The notes under the pieces: model-generated
Seen by the model: only the letters and a program-made list of their open reading frames with translations
The model's database searches: none
What the model was told of the DNA's origin: nothing
Translations under genes and position numbers: made by a program
Shown: positions 45,256 to 56,068 of the stretch, piece after piece
How positions within the stretch are numbered: position 1 is the stretch's first letter
How the letters are laid out: the number at the start of each line of letters is the position of its first letter
From: Candidatus Marinacidobacterium sp.
GTDB taxonomy: Bacteria; Acidobacteriota; Vicinamibacteria; Marinacidobacterales; Marinacidobacteraceae
Reading direction: 5' to 3'
DNA length: 64,000 nucleotides
Assembly (NCBI GenBank): GCA_965204755.1
Contig: OZ242011.1
Location: 1,280,001-1,344,000, forward strand

Positions 45256-48200
45256 ATGCCGTCTCTACCGGTCGGGCTTCCCGCCCGCTATACGGATCCC
45301 GAGACCGGATTCCGTGACCTGTGCCGGTTCCTGGGCATCCCGAATCGGCAGTACCTGCAGCGTCTCGCGGCCCACCAGCGCGTCAGGGAGTTCTTCCGGC
45401 GCGAGAAGGCGTCGTTCAAGAACCTGAAGACGGCGGAGCGTCTCCGCGCCAAACTCACCCGGTTCCTTTCCGATCCGTCGAGCCGCCGGGAGATCTGGAT
45501 CGTACGGCGCAAGGATTCGCGGATCGCGTTTCCTTCTTTCGAACTCCAGGCGCTCAAGCCATACGACGAAAGCGAGAAGGCGCCTTCCGAAGAGGCCCTT
45601 CGCCGGAGTTTGGAGGACATTCCGAAGACCGACGGCATTCCGGGGAAGACGAGCGAGTGGCAGACACCGGCAGTCAACGCCTGGCCGGCGATTCGCGAGG
45701 ACATCAGCCGCTTCGACGAATTGGACGAAGAACACCGGGAAGTCGCCTCGGCCGCGGTATTCGCGGTAGCGACGCTGCTCGATCACCGCGGCTTCCTCGA
45801 ATGGGCGGCCGAGTCCGTGGACGACCTGGAGCCCGAGTTCGCTTTCGCCCTGGGCGTGGAAGATCCGAGCGAGGAAGACATCGCGGAGTGGTCGCGCGTA
45901 CACGACGAGAAGTGGGAAGACGCTTACGGTGAGTTCTTCGACTTCGTATCCGCCGCAGGACGAAGCGGCGTACCCCCCGACCGCTTCGACGAGACCATCC
46001 GGAGGGTGGAGGCGCTCGGCCGTTTGCGGGACGAGATCGTCGCGGATCGGGCGGCGGCGCTCCTGCTCGGGGAACTCTTCGAGAAACTGCACTCCATCCT
46101 GAAGGGGGCGGCGGAGAAGTGCGGGGCCGCATGGCTCACCGCGCTGCTTCCCGAGACGAAAGAGCGGTGGAAGACGCGGTACTCGCCGGTCGGAACTGAA
46201 GGCAGGGAGGCGTTCCAGGCCGATCTGTCCCGTCTCGGCGAGGCGCTGCCCGATGCGCTCGAGTCCTGGGAGCGCGCCGATATCGAAGTGGGCGAAGCCG
46301 AAGCGGAGCGGCAGCGACTTGCTTCGGAGGGCTCCCCGGAAACCGACTGGACGATCGAGGACCGGATCGTCGGGCTGCAGGAGCGAGTCGCGGCGGCGTC
46401 CCGGCGCCGCGTGGAAGCTCGCCGCCGCGTCATCGAGATCATCGCGCCCCGACCCGACGCCCCCGACCCGCCGAAACCGCGGCCGACGAAGAAGAAGGCG
46501 CGCCGCGGGAAAGCGCCCGACCGGGCAGCGAAGGGGAAGCGCGCGGGAACCACCGGGGAGCCGGCGGCCGAGGGCCCGGCGAAGGGAGCGAGTCGCCGCG
46601 CCGCGGCCGAGCGGGATCCGGCGAAGGAAGCCCGTGCGGCGGAGGGGCGGGGAAGACCGTCGAAACCGAAATCGGCGGACGCCGAACGACAACCGCCGGC
46701 CCGCCCCGAGGAAAGGCCGAAGGAGGGACCCGGAGAGACCCCGAAGGGGCGGCCGACCCGACGGCCCGAGGGACCGGCCGGTCGAGCGCCCCGGTCCCTT
46801 CCGGGCCCGGCGAAGACCGCCGGCGCAGCCGAGGCCGACAGGGCGCCGGCCGCGCCGCCCCCCCGACCACCTCCGCCGGCCGTCGTTCCGGCGCCCGAGC
46901 CTCATCGGGAGGCGGCAGCCGCTTGGACCGCGCTCCACGAAGGACGACCGGGCGCGGCGTTCTTCATCGCCCGGCTCGCGGACCCGCAACCGGACCGCGC
47001 TCCGGTGCTGCCCCCCGCCGACCTGATTGCGGCGACCGCGCTCGCCGCCGAGGTCCGGGCGCCGGGCGACGAGTTCGCCGCCGCCCTTCGCCCGATCCTC
47101 TCCGCCATCGACCCGGAGGGCTTCGCGGCCGCGGACGCCCGCGGCCAGGATGCGCTCAACCTCCTGCTCTTCAGTTCGACCCTGGCGCCCGCGCTCTTCG
47201 CGCCGGCGACCGGCGCTCCGTCGCTGCTGAGGCGGATCCACACGACAGAGCCGCTCTCGGCGGTCTATACCTTGGCTACCCGTATCGCCGAATACGCCGA
47301 GCGGCTTCACGGCACGCCGCTCGATATCTCGCTGCTGAGGAGCGCCCTGGGAACGGCGAGCCGCGAAAAGCAACTGGACGAGGTGGGCCGGCGAATCCGC
47401 GAGTGGTCGGTGGCCGTAAAGGCGAAGACCAACCCCCTGCCGCGGGCGGCGCAGGTGCTCACGGCCCTGCTCACCAACGGCTGTCTGGCCGACCTGACGG
47501 AGGCAGTCGCTTCCGGCCGACCGGCGGACCGCGGCCGGGTCGAGCGAATCCTGGAGGAGTTGGGCGCCACGCGGCTTCCGGCGCTGTCCGAAGGGGTAAC
47601 CCGCGAGTTCGAAGCGCTCGTCCACCACAGCGACCGCCGCACCGGCGCGCGGCCGATCAACGAGAAGGCGCTTCGGCAACTCTGGAAACATGTCCACCCG
47701 GCCATCGAGCACGCCCACGAGTGGCTGCGGCTGGTGTCGCGATCGACCGGAGAACGGAAGGGGTACCTGCGGGACCTGATCGTCTCGCTGCGCCGGGACC
47801 TCGAAGAAGAGAGCGACAAGGCGCTGTCGGCGATCTCCGAAGTCGAGGCAGCCGCCCCGGACGCTTCGGAATTGGCCGCCGGTCTGTCGCGCGCCCGGTC
47901 CGCGATCTCGACGCTCCGGCACATCTTCGATCGTCGGGCGCTGTCGGCGGCGCCGCCGCCGAAGCCGGAGATCGTTCGGTACGGCGACTTGGCGTTGGTG
48001 ACCGCGCTGGACCTGGGCGCCGACCTTCGCCCCCGCGCGCCATTCGACCGGGGCGCGGTGCTGGAGGTCCTGCTCGACCGGGAAGGACACGCGGCGACCC
48101 GTTCGGCGGCGTTCCGAGGGCGCCTCGCCCGCGTGGATCTGGTTGGCGCCGGCCTCGCGCTCTCGACGATGGAGGCTCGCGGCGACGAGGGGACCGCCGA

Positions 48201-51200
48201 CTGCCGGCGCGATCTCATCGAGACGGCCGAGCAGCGCCGCTTCACGCTCAACGAAGAACTCGCCAAGGAGACCGCCCGGATCGAAGGCGCGTTCTGCCAA
48301 GGGCGGCTGGGTGACGAACGAAACGACCTGGCGGCGCGGCTGGTCTCACTGGCGCAGGCGCTCGCCGCGCCGGGACGGCCCGGTGAGCCCGGCGCCGGGG
48401 TAGTGGAAGCCGTGGTGGGCGCCGAGCGCGAACTCGAGGAGATCCGGCGCGCCGCCGGGACGATGAGCGCCAAGCGGATTGCCGCCGCCCGGCGTCGGCT
48501 CGAGGAACTCCCCGAGAGCGCCGACCGGCAGGGGCTCGCCGAGGCGCGCGCGGCCATAGACGCCGGACACCTGCTGACCGCCCACGAATACCTGCTCCAA
48601 CTCGAACAGGGGGAGTCGTTCCTGCGTCCGCCGGAGGAGCCGAGCCCGTTCCGGGAGTTCGTCTCCCGGGCGGCCGTCCTCGACGAGGCCCTGCCGCGGT
48701 ACGAACCGGAGCGCGTCATCGCCGGCCTTTCCCGGCGGCAGGGGTTGGCCGGAATCCGCTTCGGCGAACTCGACGCCGAACAGGCGGAGCGCGGAGCGCG
48801 GCTGTTGAAGGCCTGGTATCGACTGGCGGCGAAGCGCGCCTACGACCAGCCGCTGCTCCAGCGATTCCTGGAGGAACTGGGGTTCACCGGCTGCCGCGTG
48901 TCGGCGGACCGGGGAACTCGCTCCTACTTGGGGTCCATGGACTTCGAGCGGCTCGCGGACCGCGACCTCTGCCCGTCCCGGCAGTTCGGGTCGGAAGCGG
49001 ACGGCCGCTACCGCCTGCTGCTGAACTGGGCGCCGAATGTGGAGGAGGCGATCACGCGGTCCGTAGGGGTTTCCGGCGACTCGCCGACCCTCGTACTCCA
49101 CTTCGGCTGTCTCGGCGCGAGCCGGGAGGGCCTGCGCCGGCTGGCCCTGCGCGATCAGCGTCTCTTCCTGGTCCTCGACCATTCGCTCGCAGTCTTCCTC
49201 GCGAGTCGGGGCTCGGGCCTTTCCGCTTTCTTCCGCGCGGCGTTGCCGTTCGCTTCCGCCGACCCGTACGCGCCCACTTCCGGCGCCGTGCCCCCCGAAT
49301 TGTTCTACGGCCGGGAGCGGGAGCGCCGCGACATCGCCGACCGCTCCGGCGCCTGCTTCATCTACGGCGGACGACAACTCGGGAAGACCGCCCTGCTTCG
49401 CCGCGTCGAGAACGATTTCAACGAGACCTCCGGTCAGGTGGCGCTGTGGATCGACCTCAAGGTGCACGAGATCGGTTACGCCAGAGGGCCTCGCGACATC
49501 TGGCCGCTCATCCGGGACGGCCTTTCGGAGCGGGGAGTGCTGTCCCGCCGGCGAGGAGAGTTGGACCCGGCGAACCTCCGCCACATCGAGACCCTGCTGA
49601 AGGCGATGGCCGAATGGGTGGCCGGACGCAAGGACCGCCGCCTCCTCCTGCTTCTCGACGAGGCGGACGAATTCCTGTCGCAGGACGCCGGCAGCGACTT
49701 CCGGGAATCGGCCCGCCTCAAGGGGCTGATGGACCGGACCGACCGCCGGTTCAAGGTCGTGTTTTCCGGACTCCACAATGTACTGCGCACGACGCAACAG
49801 GCGAACCATCCGCTCGCCCACTTGGGCGAGCCGGTTCGAGTGGGGCCGATGCTGGGCGGGCGGGACGAGCGGAAGAGCGCCGAGGCGCTGGTTCGCCAAC
49901 CGCTCGAGGCGGCCGGCTGCCGCTTCGAACGGGACGATTTGATCCACCGCGTCCTCGCGCAGACGAACTACTACCCGTCCCTCATCCAACTCTACGGCGC
50001 CGAACTCGCCCGCCGGGTGCGCGACCTCCAAAAACCGTTCCCCTATCTGGTCTCGGACGCGGAACTCGACGAAGCGTACGGCAGCAGCGAACTGCGCGAC
50101 GCCATTCGAGAGCGCTTCTTGCTCACGCTCCAACTCGATCCTCGATACGAGGTCATCGCCTATGCGCTCGCCTTCGAGTTGAAGGATCACCCGGTCCTGA
50201 ACGACGGGATGGGACGCGACGAGATCCGGGATGCCGCAGAGGGCTGGTGGCCGGACGGCTTCCGGATCCCCGATATCGAGTTCCACATGCTGCTCGAGGA
50301 GATGGACGGACTCGGCGTCCTGCGATCGCTGGACGGGAGTCGCTACACCTTGCGCAACCCGAATGTGCTGCTGTTGCTCGGCAACACGGAGCAGATCGAG
50401 AAGAACCTCGACAAGCCGCGGTCGCTCCCGGCGACTTACGAGCCGGCGTCGTTTCGGGCTCGCTACCCGCGCGAAGGCCCGCGAGCGAAACGCCGAGGGC
50501 CCTTGACCTATCTTCAGGAGGACCGTTTGAGACGCCCCGGCGTCGCCGTGGTCACCGGGAACCGCGCCGCCGGCCTCGCGGAAGTAGAGGCGTTCCTGTC
50601 ACAGCGAAGCGAACAGCGGAACGGGGTGGAGGAGTTTCGCGTACTGCCCCGACCGAACGGGCTGGACGACTTCGTTCGGCGCCTGGGCCGGATCTCGCCG
50701 CCGGCCGCGGGCGTCTCGGTCAACCTCGTACCGCTGGACACCCGCTGGAACACCCAGTGGCTCGACGCTGCCCGGCAGTTCTGCCGGACGCGCCGCAACA
50801 GCCTTCGGATCCGGGTCGTCTTCCAGGCCGACCCGGAGCAGTTGTGGCGTCTCGAAGACGAATTCCCGGTGGCCGACTGGCCCGGGATCGACCGCATCGA
50901 AGTCCGTCCCTGCGACGCGATCTTCGTGCGCAGTTGGCTGGACGATGTCAACCTGCAGCACGACGAGGAGACGATCACCGAACTCCTCGAGGTCACCGGC
51001 GGCTGGCCGGCCGGCCTGTTCGAACTCAACACCGGCCCCACCAAGGACTGGAGTTTCCGCATCGCCGAACTGCGGAAGAAGGCCGCCCGCACGCCGAGCG
51101 GGGAGCAACTCGGCCTGGCGTCGAATCCGGCCGCGGCAGAGGCGCTCCGGCGGTTGGCCGAACTCGAGGAGCCGTTCTCCCAGGAAACGATCGAACTGTT

Positions 51201-51345
51201 GGCCGAAGACAGCGCCGCGGCGGGCGCCACGATCCGCCGCCAGGTGGAATGGGCCCGGCGTCTCGGACTCGTCGAAGCCGGCGGAACCGGCGTCTTCCGG
51301 TTGAACTCCCTGGTCCGGAGTCGCCTCGCCGAGTTCACCGACTGA
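45256..51345 (+). CDS. Giant (~2030 aa) STAND-like P-loop ATPase
   Basis: Motifs DPY......PPELFYGRERE, Walker A GGRQLGKT, Walker B LLLLLDEAD, KVVFSG, TNYYPSLIQ and a wHTH-like LGVL......YTL. ATG at 45256 is preferred because the ORF-track start lies inside the MITE end. Confidence 0.85.
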   Translation: MPSLPVGLPARYTDPETGFRDLCRFLGIPNRQYLQRLAAHQRVREFFRREKASFKNLKTAERLRAKLTRFLSDPSSRREIWIVRRKDSRIAFPSFELQALKPYDESEKAPSEEALRRSLEDIPKTDGIPGKTSEWQTPAVNAWPAIREDISRFDELDEEHREVASAAVFAVATLLDHRGFLEWAAESVDDLEPEFAFALGVEDPSEEDIAEWSRVHDEKWEDAYGEFFDFVSAAGRSGVPPDRFDETIRRVEALGRLRDEIVADRAAALLLGELFEKLHSILKGAAEKCGAAWLTALLPETKERWKTRYSPVGTEGREAFQADLSRLGEALPDALESWERADIEVGEAEAERQRLASEGSPETDWTIEDRIVGLQERVAAASRRRVEARRRVIEIIAPRPDAPDPPKPRPTKKKARRGKAPDRAAKGKRAGTTGEPAAEGPAKGASRRAAAERDPAKEARAAEGRGRPSKPKSADAERQPPARPEERPKEGPGETPKGRPTRRPEGPAGRAPRSLPGPAKTAGAAEADRAPAAPPPRPPPPAVVPAPEPHREAAAAWTALHEGRPGAAFFIARLADPQPDRAPVLPPADLIAATALAAEVRAPGDEFAAALRPILSAIDPEGFAAADARGQDALNLLLFSSTLAPALFAPATGAPSLLRRIHTTEPLSAVYTLATRIAEYAERLHGTPLDISLLRSALGTASREKQLDEVGRRIREWSVAVKAKTNPLPRAAQVLTALLTNGCLADLTEAVASGRPADRGRVERILEELGATRLPALSEGVTREFEALVHHSDRRTGARPINEKALRQLWKHVHPAIEHAHEWLRLVSRSTGERKGYLRDLIVSLRRDLEEESDKALSAISEVEAAAPDASELAAGLSRARSAISTLRHIFDRRALSAAPPPKPEIVRYGDLALVTALDLGADLRPRAPFDRGAVLEVLLDREGHAATRSAAFRGRLARVDLVGAGLALSTMEARGDEGTADCRRDLIETAEQRRFTLNEELAKETARIEGAFCQGRLGDERNDLAARLVSLAQALAAPGRPGEPGAGVVEAVVGAERELEEIRRAAGTMSAKRIAAARRRLEELPESADRQGLAEARAAIDAGHLLTAHEYLLQLEQGESFLRPPEEPSPFREFVSRAAVLDEALPRYEPERVIAGLSRRQGLAGIRFGELDAEQAERGARLLKAWYRLAAKRAYDQPLLQRFLEELGFTGCRVSADRGTRSYLGSMDFERLADRDLCPSRQFGSEADGRYRLLLNWAPNVEEAITRSVGVSGDSPTLVLHFGCLGASREGLRRLALRDQRLFLVLDHSLAVFLASRGSGLSAFFRAALPFASADPYAPTSGAVPPELFYGRERERRDIADRSGACFIYGGRQLGKTALLRRVENDFNETSGQVALWIDLKVHEIGYARGPRDIWPLIRDGLSERGVLSRRRGELDPANLRHIETLLKAMAEWVAGRKDRRLLLLLDEADEFLSQDAGSDFRESARLKGLMDRTDRRFKVVFSGLHNVLRTTQQANHPLAHLGEPVRVGPMLGGRDERKSAEALVRQPLEAAGCRFERDDLIHRVLAQTNYYPSLIQLYGAELARRVRDLQKPFPYLVSDAELDEAYGSSELRDAIRERFLLTLQLDPRYEVIAYALAFELKDHPVLNDGMGRDEIRDAAEGWWPDGFRIPDIEFHMLLEEMDGLGVLRSLDGSRYTLRNPNVLLLLGNTEQIEKNLDKPRSLPATYEPASFRARYPREGPRAKRRGPLTYLQEDRLRRPGVAVVTGNRAAGLAEVEAFLSQRSEQRNGVEEFRVLPRPNGLDDFVRRLGRISPPAAGVSVNLVPLDTRWNTQWLDAARQFCRTRRNSLRIRVVFQADPEQLWRLEDEFPVADWPGIDRIEVRPCDAIFVRSWLDDVNLQHDEETITELLEVTGGWPAGLFELNTGPTKDWSFRIAELRKKAARTPSGEQLGLASNPAAAEALRRLAELEEPFSQETIELLAEDSAAAGATIRRQVEWARRLGLVEAGGTGVFRLNSLVRSRLAEFTD

Positions 51346-51449
51346 GCGCCCGGCGACCGGGCGGAGCGACCGGGTTCCCGCGCCGGGTCGGCATGCGCCG
51401 GCCGCGGCCCGACAACGGGTCCCGACCGGCCGTAAGGCGGAAGTCCCTG

Positions 51450-51803
51450 CTACTCGACGAACTCGATTCGAGCCATGGGGGCGCCGTCGCCGGCCCTCGG
51501 CCCCAGTTTCAGGATCCGCGTATAGCCCCCCGGCCTGGTCTGGAACTTCGGCCCGACCTCGGAGAAGAGGTGGCGGACCACCTCCTTCTGCGGCAGGACC
51601 TGGAGCGCGCGCCTTCGGGCGGCGAGATCCGAACGGCGGGCGAGAGTCACGAGCCGCTCCACGAACGGCCGCACCTCCTTCGCTTTGGCGAGCGTGGTCC
51701 GAAGATGCCCGTGCCGGATGAGCGTAGCCGCCAGATTCCGCAGCAACGCTCGGCGGTGCGAGGGGCGGCGCCCCAACTTCCGGTGGGCGTTACGGTGCCG
51801 CAT
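51450..51803 (-). CDS. rplQ: 50S ribosomal protein L17
   Basis: MRHR...KLGR and [19 protein letters not shown]. Confidence 0.97.
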   Translation of the reverse strand: MRHRNAHRKLGRRPSHRRALLRNLAATLIRHGHLRTTLAKAKEVRPFVERLVTLARRSDLAARRRALQVLPQKEVVRHLFSEVGPKFQTRPGGYTRILKLGPRAGDGAPMARIEFVE

Positions 51804-51816
51804 CTTCCCGTGCCCC

Positions 51817-52764
51817 TCAGCCGGCCCCCATGCCGAGATGGAGGTTCATGTTCTTCAGCACCTTCTCGATTTCCTCGATGCTCTTCCGCCCGAGGTTGCG
51901 CTCCTTCATCAACTCCTCGGCAGTCCGCACGACCAGTTCTCCGATCGTGCCGATGTCCGCGTTCCGAAGGCCGTTGAAGGCTCGCACCGAGATCTTGTCG
52001 CCGATCTCGTCGATCGACTTGTAGCGATGGGTCTCGAAGGCGATCTGCTCCTCGTTGACCACGACTGCTTCGGCGTCCTCGCCGTCCCCTCCGGAAAAGA
52101 TGCCGAGCATCTCCCGGAGCACGCGAGCCGAAGTGAACAGCGCATCGGTGGGTTTCACCGAGCCGTCCGTGTGCACATCGATGACGAGTTTGTCGAGATC
52201 GGTGTCCTGGCCCACGCGCGCCGGCTCCACCGTGTAGTTCACCTTGCGGACCGGGGAGTGGGTCGAGTCGAGCGGGATGTAGCCGATGTCGAGATCCTCG
52301 TCCCGGTTCTGGTCCGCCGGAATTCGACCGCGCCCGTTCTTGACCCGCATCTCGATGTCGAGGTCGCCCGGCTCGGTCATCGTGGCGATGTACACATCGT
52401 CCTGCAGGACTTCCACATTCGGATCGGTCTCGATGTCCGCCGAAGTCAGGACCCGGGGTTCCTTCGCTCGCAAGCGAATCGTCCGGGGAACATTCCCGTG
52501 CAGCCGAAGCGGAACCGTCTTCAGGTTCAGGATCATGTCCATCGTGTCTTCCTTGACTCCGGAGATCGTGGACATCTCGTGCCGCACTCCCGCGAACCGG
52601 ACGGCGGTGACCGCCGCGCCCCGGATCGAGTCGATCAGCACGCGGCGAAGGGAGTTCCCCACGGTCACGCCGTAGCCGCGCTCGAAGGGCGCCGCCGAAA
52701 AGCGACCGTAAGTCTCCGTGCTCTCGACGACCTTGACGGCGCGAGGCCGCTGCAGTTCAGACAT
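51817..52764 (-). CDS. rpoA: RNA polymerase alpha subunit
   Basis: [42 protein letters not shown] and NLGRKS. Confidence 0.97.
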   Translation of the reverse strand: MSELQRPRAVKVVESTETYGRFSAAPFERGYGVTVGNSLRRVLIDSIRGAAVTAVRFAGVRHEMSTISGVKEDTMDMILNLKTVPLRLHGNVPRTIRLRAKEPRVLTSADIETDPNVEVLQDDVYIATMTEPGDLDIEMRVKNGRGRIPADQNRDEDLDIGYIPLDSTHSPVRKVNYTVEPARVGQDTDLDKLVIDVHTDGSVKPTDALFTSARVLREMLGIFSGGDGEDAEAVVVNEEQIAFETHRYKSIDEIGDKISVRAFNGLRNADIGTIGELVVRTAEELMKERNLGRKSIEEIEKVLKNMNLHLGMGAG

Positions 52765-52789
52765 ACGCCTCTCTCGTTTCCTCGCGGCG

Positions 52790-53422
52790 TCAGCGCGAGT
52801 ACAACTCGACGATCAGCTGCTCGCGGATCTTGAGTTGCGGATCTTCACCGCTCGGAAAGGTCAGCACCCTCCCCCCGGCGAATTCTTCGGTCTCCCGCTC
52901 CAACCACTCGGGAACCTGCCGGCCTTCGGCCGCTTCCAGCACGCGGTTGAAGAATTCCTTCTTGCGGGTCTTTTCCCGTACGCGGACCACATCGCCGCGA
53001 GTCAGGATGCGGGACGGGATGTCCACCCGGCTGCCGTTCACCTCGACATGCCCGTGCCGCACGAACAGCCGCGCGGCCGCCCGCGAGGGCGCGAACCCCA
53101 GCCGGTACACGACATTGTCCAGCCGCCGTTCCAGCAACTGCAGCAGGAAGGTCCCGGTCACCGCCCGCTCGCGTTCCGCGCGCTTGAAGTAGAGCCGGAA
53201 CTGCCGCTCGAGCAGGCCGTAGGCGCGCTTCGCCTTTTGCTTTTCGCGCAACTGCAGGCCGTAACCCTGGACGCGGCTGCGCCGCGTCTTCCCGTGCGCT
53301 CCGGGAGCGAAGTTCCGCTTGTCTATGGCGCACTTCGCGCTCAGGCAGCGGTCCCCCTTGAGGAACAGTTTGGCCCCCTCCCGCCGGCAGAGCCGGCAGA
53401 CGGGCCCGCGGTATCTGGCCAC
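52790..53422 (-). CDS. rpsD: 30S ribosomal protein S4 (Zn-binding type)
   Basis: MARYRGPVCRLCRREG, LERRLDNVVYRLG and EQLIVELYSR. Confidence 0.98.
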   Translation of the reverse strand: MARYRGPVCRLCRREGAKLFLKGDRCLSAKCAIDKRNFAPGAHGKTRRSRVQGYGLQLREKQKAKRAYGLLERQFRLYFKRAERERAVTGTFLLQLLERRLDNVVYRLGFAPSRAAARLFVRHGHVEVNGSRVDIPSRILTRGDVVRVREKTRKKEFFNRVLEAAEGRQVPEWLERETEEFAGGRVLTFPSGEDPQLKIREQLIVELYSR

Positions 53423-53434
53423 GAGCGGTCCTCC

Positions 53435-53836
53435 TTAGGTCCGGCGCTTCTTCGGCGGCCGGCAGCCGTTGTGGGGAAGCGGAGTCACATCGCGGATCGT
53501 CCGCACTTCGATTCCGGCGGCGGAGACGGCGCGGATGGCGGCCTCCCGTCCCGATCCCGGCCCCTTCACGCGAACTTCCACCTCGGTGCAGCCGAGTGCG
53601 CGCGCTTCCCGCGCCGCCGCGCCGGCCGCCTGCTGCGCCGCGAACGGCGTCTGCTTCCGCGACCCGGTGAATCCCTGCGCCCCGGCGCTCGACCAGCAGA
53701 CCACATTCCCGGCCGGGTCGGCGAAAGTGATGATCGTGTTGTGGTAAGTGGCCTGGATGGAGACGACACCGGTCGTCAGAGTCCGACGCTCGCGCTTCTT
53801 CCCGGCGCGGCGGCGGGAGGTTTTCTTCTGAGCCAT
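53435..53836 (-). CDS. rpsK: 30S ribosomal protein S11
   Basis: KGPGSGRE and [17 protein letters not shown]. Confidence 0.98.
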   Translation of the reverse strand: MAQKKTSRRRAGKKRERRTLTTGVVSIQATYHNTIITFADPAGNVVCWSSAGAQGFTGSRKQTPFAAQQAAGAAAREARALGCTEVEVRVKGPGSGREAAIRAVSAAGIEVRTIRDVTPLPHNGCRPPKKRRT

Positions 53837-53881
53837 GGTTCCTCCGGAGTTTCGATCTCGGCGCTGCTCGACCCGGGACGC

Positions 53882-54247
53882 TCAGCGCCGCCGTACGCCG
53901 CCGCGCCGCGACCCGCGGCGGGTGCGGGAGTTCGTGCGGGTGCGCTGGCCGCGCGCCGGAAGCCCGCGGCGGTGGCGCAGCCCCCGGTAGCAGCCGATGT
54001 TCATGAGACGCTTGAGATCCATCGAGATCCGCTTGCGCAGGTCCCCTTCTACGCCGCCTTCTTCTTCCATGACCCGCGAGATCGTGCTGATCTCCTCCTC
54101 GGTGAGTTCGCTCACCCGGCGGGCCGGCGCGATCCCGGCTCGGCGGAGGATCTCCGCCGACCGAGCCGGCCCGACGCCGAAGATGTGCGTCAGTCCGATG
54201 TCGATCCGCTTGGCGCGCGGAAGGTCAACGCCGGCGATTCTGGCCAT
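53882..54247 (-). CDS. rpsM: 30S ribosomal protein S13
   Basis: [10 protein letters not shown] and [23 protein letters not shown]. Confidence 0.98.
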   Translation of the reverse strand: MARIAGVDLPRAKRIDIGLTHIFGVGPARSAEILRRAGIAPARRVSELTEEEISTISRVMEEEGGVEGDLRKRISMDLKRLMNIGCYRGLRHRRGLPARGQRTRTNSRTRRGSRRGGVRRR

Positions 54248-54298
54248 GAGTCGTACCTCGGTTCGTTTCCGGGAGGGCGGAGTGGAGTCTCGTCCGCG

Positions 54299-54412
54299 CT
54301 ATCCCTGTCGCTGCTTGTGCCGCGGGTTCTCGCAGATCACCCGGACGACGCGGCGGCGGCGAACGATCTTGCACTTGGAGCAGATGCGGCGGACGGAGGC
54401 GCGTACTTTCAT
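54299..54412 (-). CDS. rpmJ: 50S ribosomal protein L36 (Zn type)
   Basis: [19 protein letters not shown]...[13 protein letters not shown]. Confidence 0.98.
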   Translation of the reverse strand: MKVRASVRRICSKCKIVRRRRVVRVICENPRHKQRQG

Positions 54413-54422
54413 GGGATTTCCC

Positions 54423-54644
54423 CTACTTGCACCGGTACACGATGCGGCCGCGGCTGAGGTCGTACGGAGACAACTCCACGACCACTCGATCTCCCGGCAA
54501 CACCTTGATGAAACTCTTGCGCATCTTGCCGGACACATGCGCCAGCACCTGATGGGATCCCTTGTCCAGTTTCACCCGGAACATGGCGTTCGGAAGCGGT
54601 TCCACGACGGTGGCCTCGACGGAAATGGCGTCCTCTTTGGACAT
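54423..54644 (-). CDS. infA: Translation initiation factor IF-1
   Basis: [15 protein letters not shown] and [10 protein letters not shown]. Confidence 0.98.
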   Translation of the reverse strand: MSKEDAISVEATVVEPLPNAMFRVKLDKGSHQVLAHVSGKMRKSFIKVLPGDRVVVELSPYDLSRGRIVYRCK

Positions 54645-54648
54645 GTCT

Positions 54649-55479
54649 TTACTCGTACAGGTCCTTCGCGGCCGTTTCGGCGGACCGGTCTCCCTCCGGC
54701 GGGAGGCTGCGCCCGGCCGCCGGCTTTCGCCCCGGAGGTTCGGCGAGCACCCACGGCCCGGACTCGGTCACGGCGATGGACCGTTCGAAGTGCGCGGAAA
54801 GGCTCCCGTCGGCGGTGACCACCGTCCAGCGGTCGCGCTTCACGCGCACCTTCGGCCCGCCGCGGTTCACCATGGGTTCGATGGCGAGAACCACGCCCGG
54901 CACGAGTCGCTGACCCCGGCCGGGAATCCCGAAGTTGGGAACCCACGGCTCCTCGTGGAGAGCGGTTCCGATCCCGTGTCCCCCGAAATCCCGCACGATG
55001 GAGTAGCCGTTCCTCTCCACCCGGGTCTGGACCGCGTTCCCGATATCGGAGAGCCGGCCGCCGGGTTGCGCGGCGGCGATACCGGCGTAGAGCGCCGCCT
55101 CGGCGACTTCGAGGAATCGGGAGAGATCGCGGCCCACTTCGCCCACCGGAACGGTGGTGGCGTTGTCTCCGTAATACCCGTCCACGATGCAGCCGAAGTC
55201 CAGCCCCACGATGTCCCCCCTCTTCAGGCGCCGCCAGCGGGAGGGAATGCCGTGCACCACTTCGTCGTTGATGGAGACGCAAAGCGAGGCCGGGAAGCCT
55301 TGGTACCCCTTGAAGGCCGACTTCACGCCGTGGCGGCGCAGGTTGCCGGCAGCGACCCGGTCGAGGTGGGCGGTCGTCACTCCGGGCTCCACGCTGCGGC
55401 GCAGGAGGTCCAAGGTTTCGACCGTGATGGCGTTCGCTTGGTGCAATTTGTCGAGTTCGTTCGCGGTGCGCGAAATCAT
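54649..55479 (-). CDS. map: Methionine aminopeptidase type I
   Basis: [34 protein letters not shown] and SAHFE. Confidence 0.97.
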   Translation of the reverse strand: MISRTANELDKLHQANAITVETLDLLRRSVEPGVTTAHLDRVAAGNLRRHGVKSAFKGYQGFPASLCVSINDEVVHGIPSRWRRLKRGDIVGLDFGCIVDGYYGDNATTVPVGEVGRDLSRFLEVAEAALYAGIAAAQPGGRLSDIGNAVQTRVERNGYSIVRDFGGHGIGTALHEEPWVPNFGIPGRGQRLVPGVVLAIEPMVNRGGPKVRVKRDRWTVVTADGSLSAHFERSIAVTESGPWVLAEPPGRKPAAGRSLPPEGDRSAETAAKDLYE

Positions 55480-56057
55480 ACGGGAGCCCCCGTCAGAACC
55501 CGTTCCGGAAGCGCGGCCGCCAGCCGCCCCGCGATCTCGTCCGGCGAGCCGACTCCGGAGATCTCCTCCACGCGCCCCGAGTAGTAGGCGAGCAGCGGAC
55601 GCGCCTCGGTTTCGTGCACTTCGAGCCGGCGCCGAAAGGCGTCCTCCCGGTCGTCTTCCCGACCGGCCGCCTCTCGCCGCCCGCGCACCCGCGCCTCGAG
55701 TTCCTCCCGAGGAACCGCCAGGTTCACGATGCGGCAGGACGCGCCGAGCCGGCCGAGCACCCGGTCGAGCGCTTCGGCCTGCGCCCGGTTCCTGGGATAT
55801 CCGTCGAGGAGGAAACCGGCTTCGCAGTCCGGGGCCGAAATCCGATCTTCCACGATGCCCAACATGATCCGGTCACCCACCAAACCGCCGGCTTCCATGA
55901 CCTCCTTGGCCTCCCGGCCGAGCGCCGTGTCGTCGGCCACCGCCCGCCGGAGGATCTCGCCGGTGGAAATGTGCGGCGCCCCCAGTCGGCTGGCGAGCCG
56001 CTCCGCCTGGGTCCCCTTGCCGGCGCCCGGAGGGCCGAGCAGGATGATGGCGGTCAC
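55476..56057 (-). CDS. adk: Adenylate kinase (short LID)
   Basis: GPPGAGKGTQA, HISTGEILR, LLDGYPR and R.DD; GTG at 56057. Confidence 0.95.
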   Translation of the reverse strand: MTAIILLGPPGAGKGTQAERLASRLGAPHISTGEILRRAVADDTALGREAKEVMEAGGLVGDRIMLGIVEDRISAPDCEAGFLLDGYPRNRAQAEALDRVLGRLGASCRIVNLAVPREELEARVRGRREAAGREDDREDAFRRRLEVHETEARPLLAYYSGRVEEISGVGSPDEIAGRLAAALPERVLTGAPV

Positions 56058-56068
56058 GCTCCGCGCCT

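Noticed and set aside
36110-45257. Apparent giant proteins 36110..40057 (+, 1315 aa) and 40092..45257 (-, 1721 aa)
   Set aside because: Only their 3' ends look like real proteins (39284..40057 and 40092..41048); the rest overlaps other genes out of frame or antisense.
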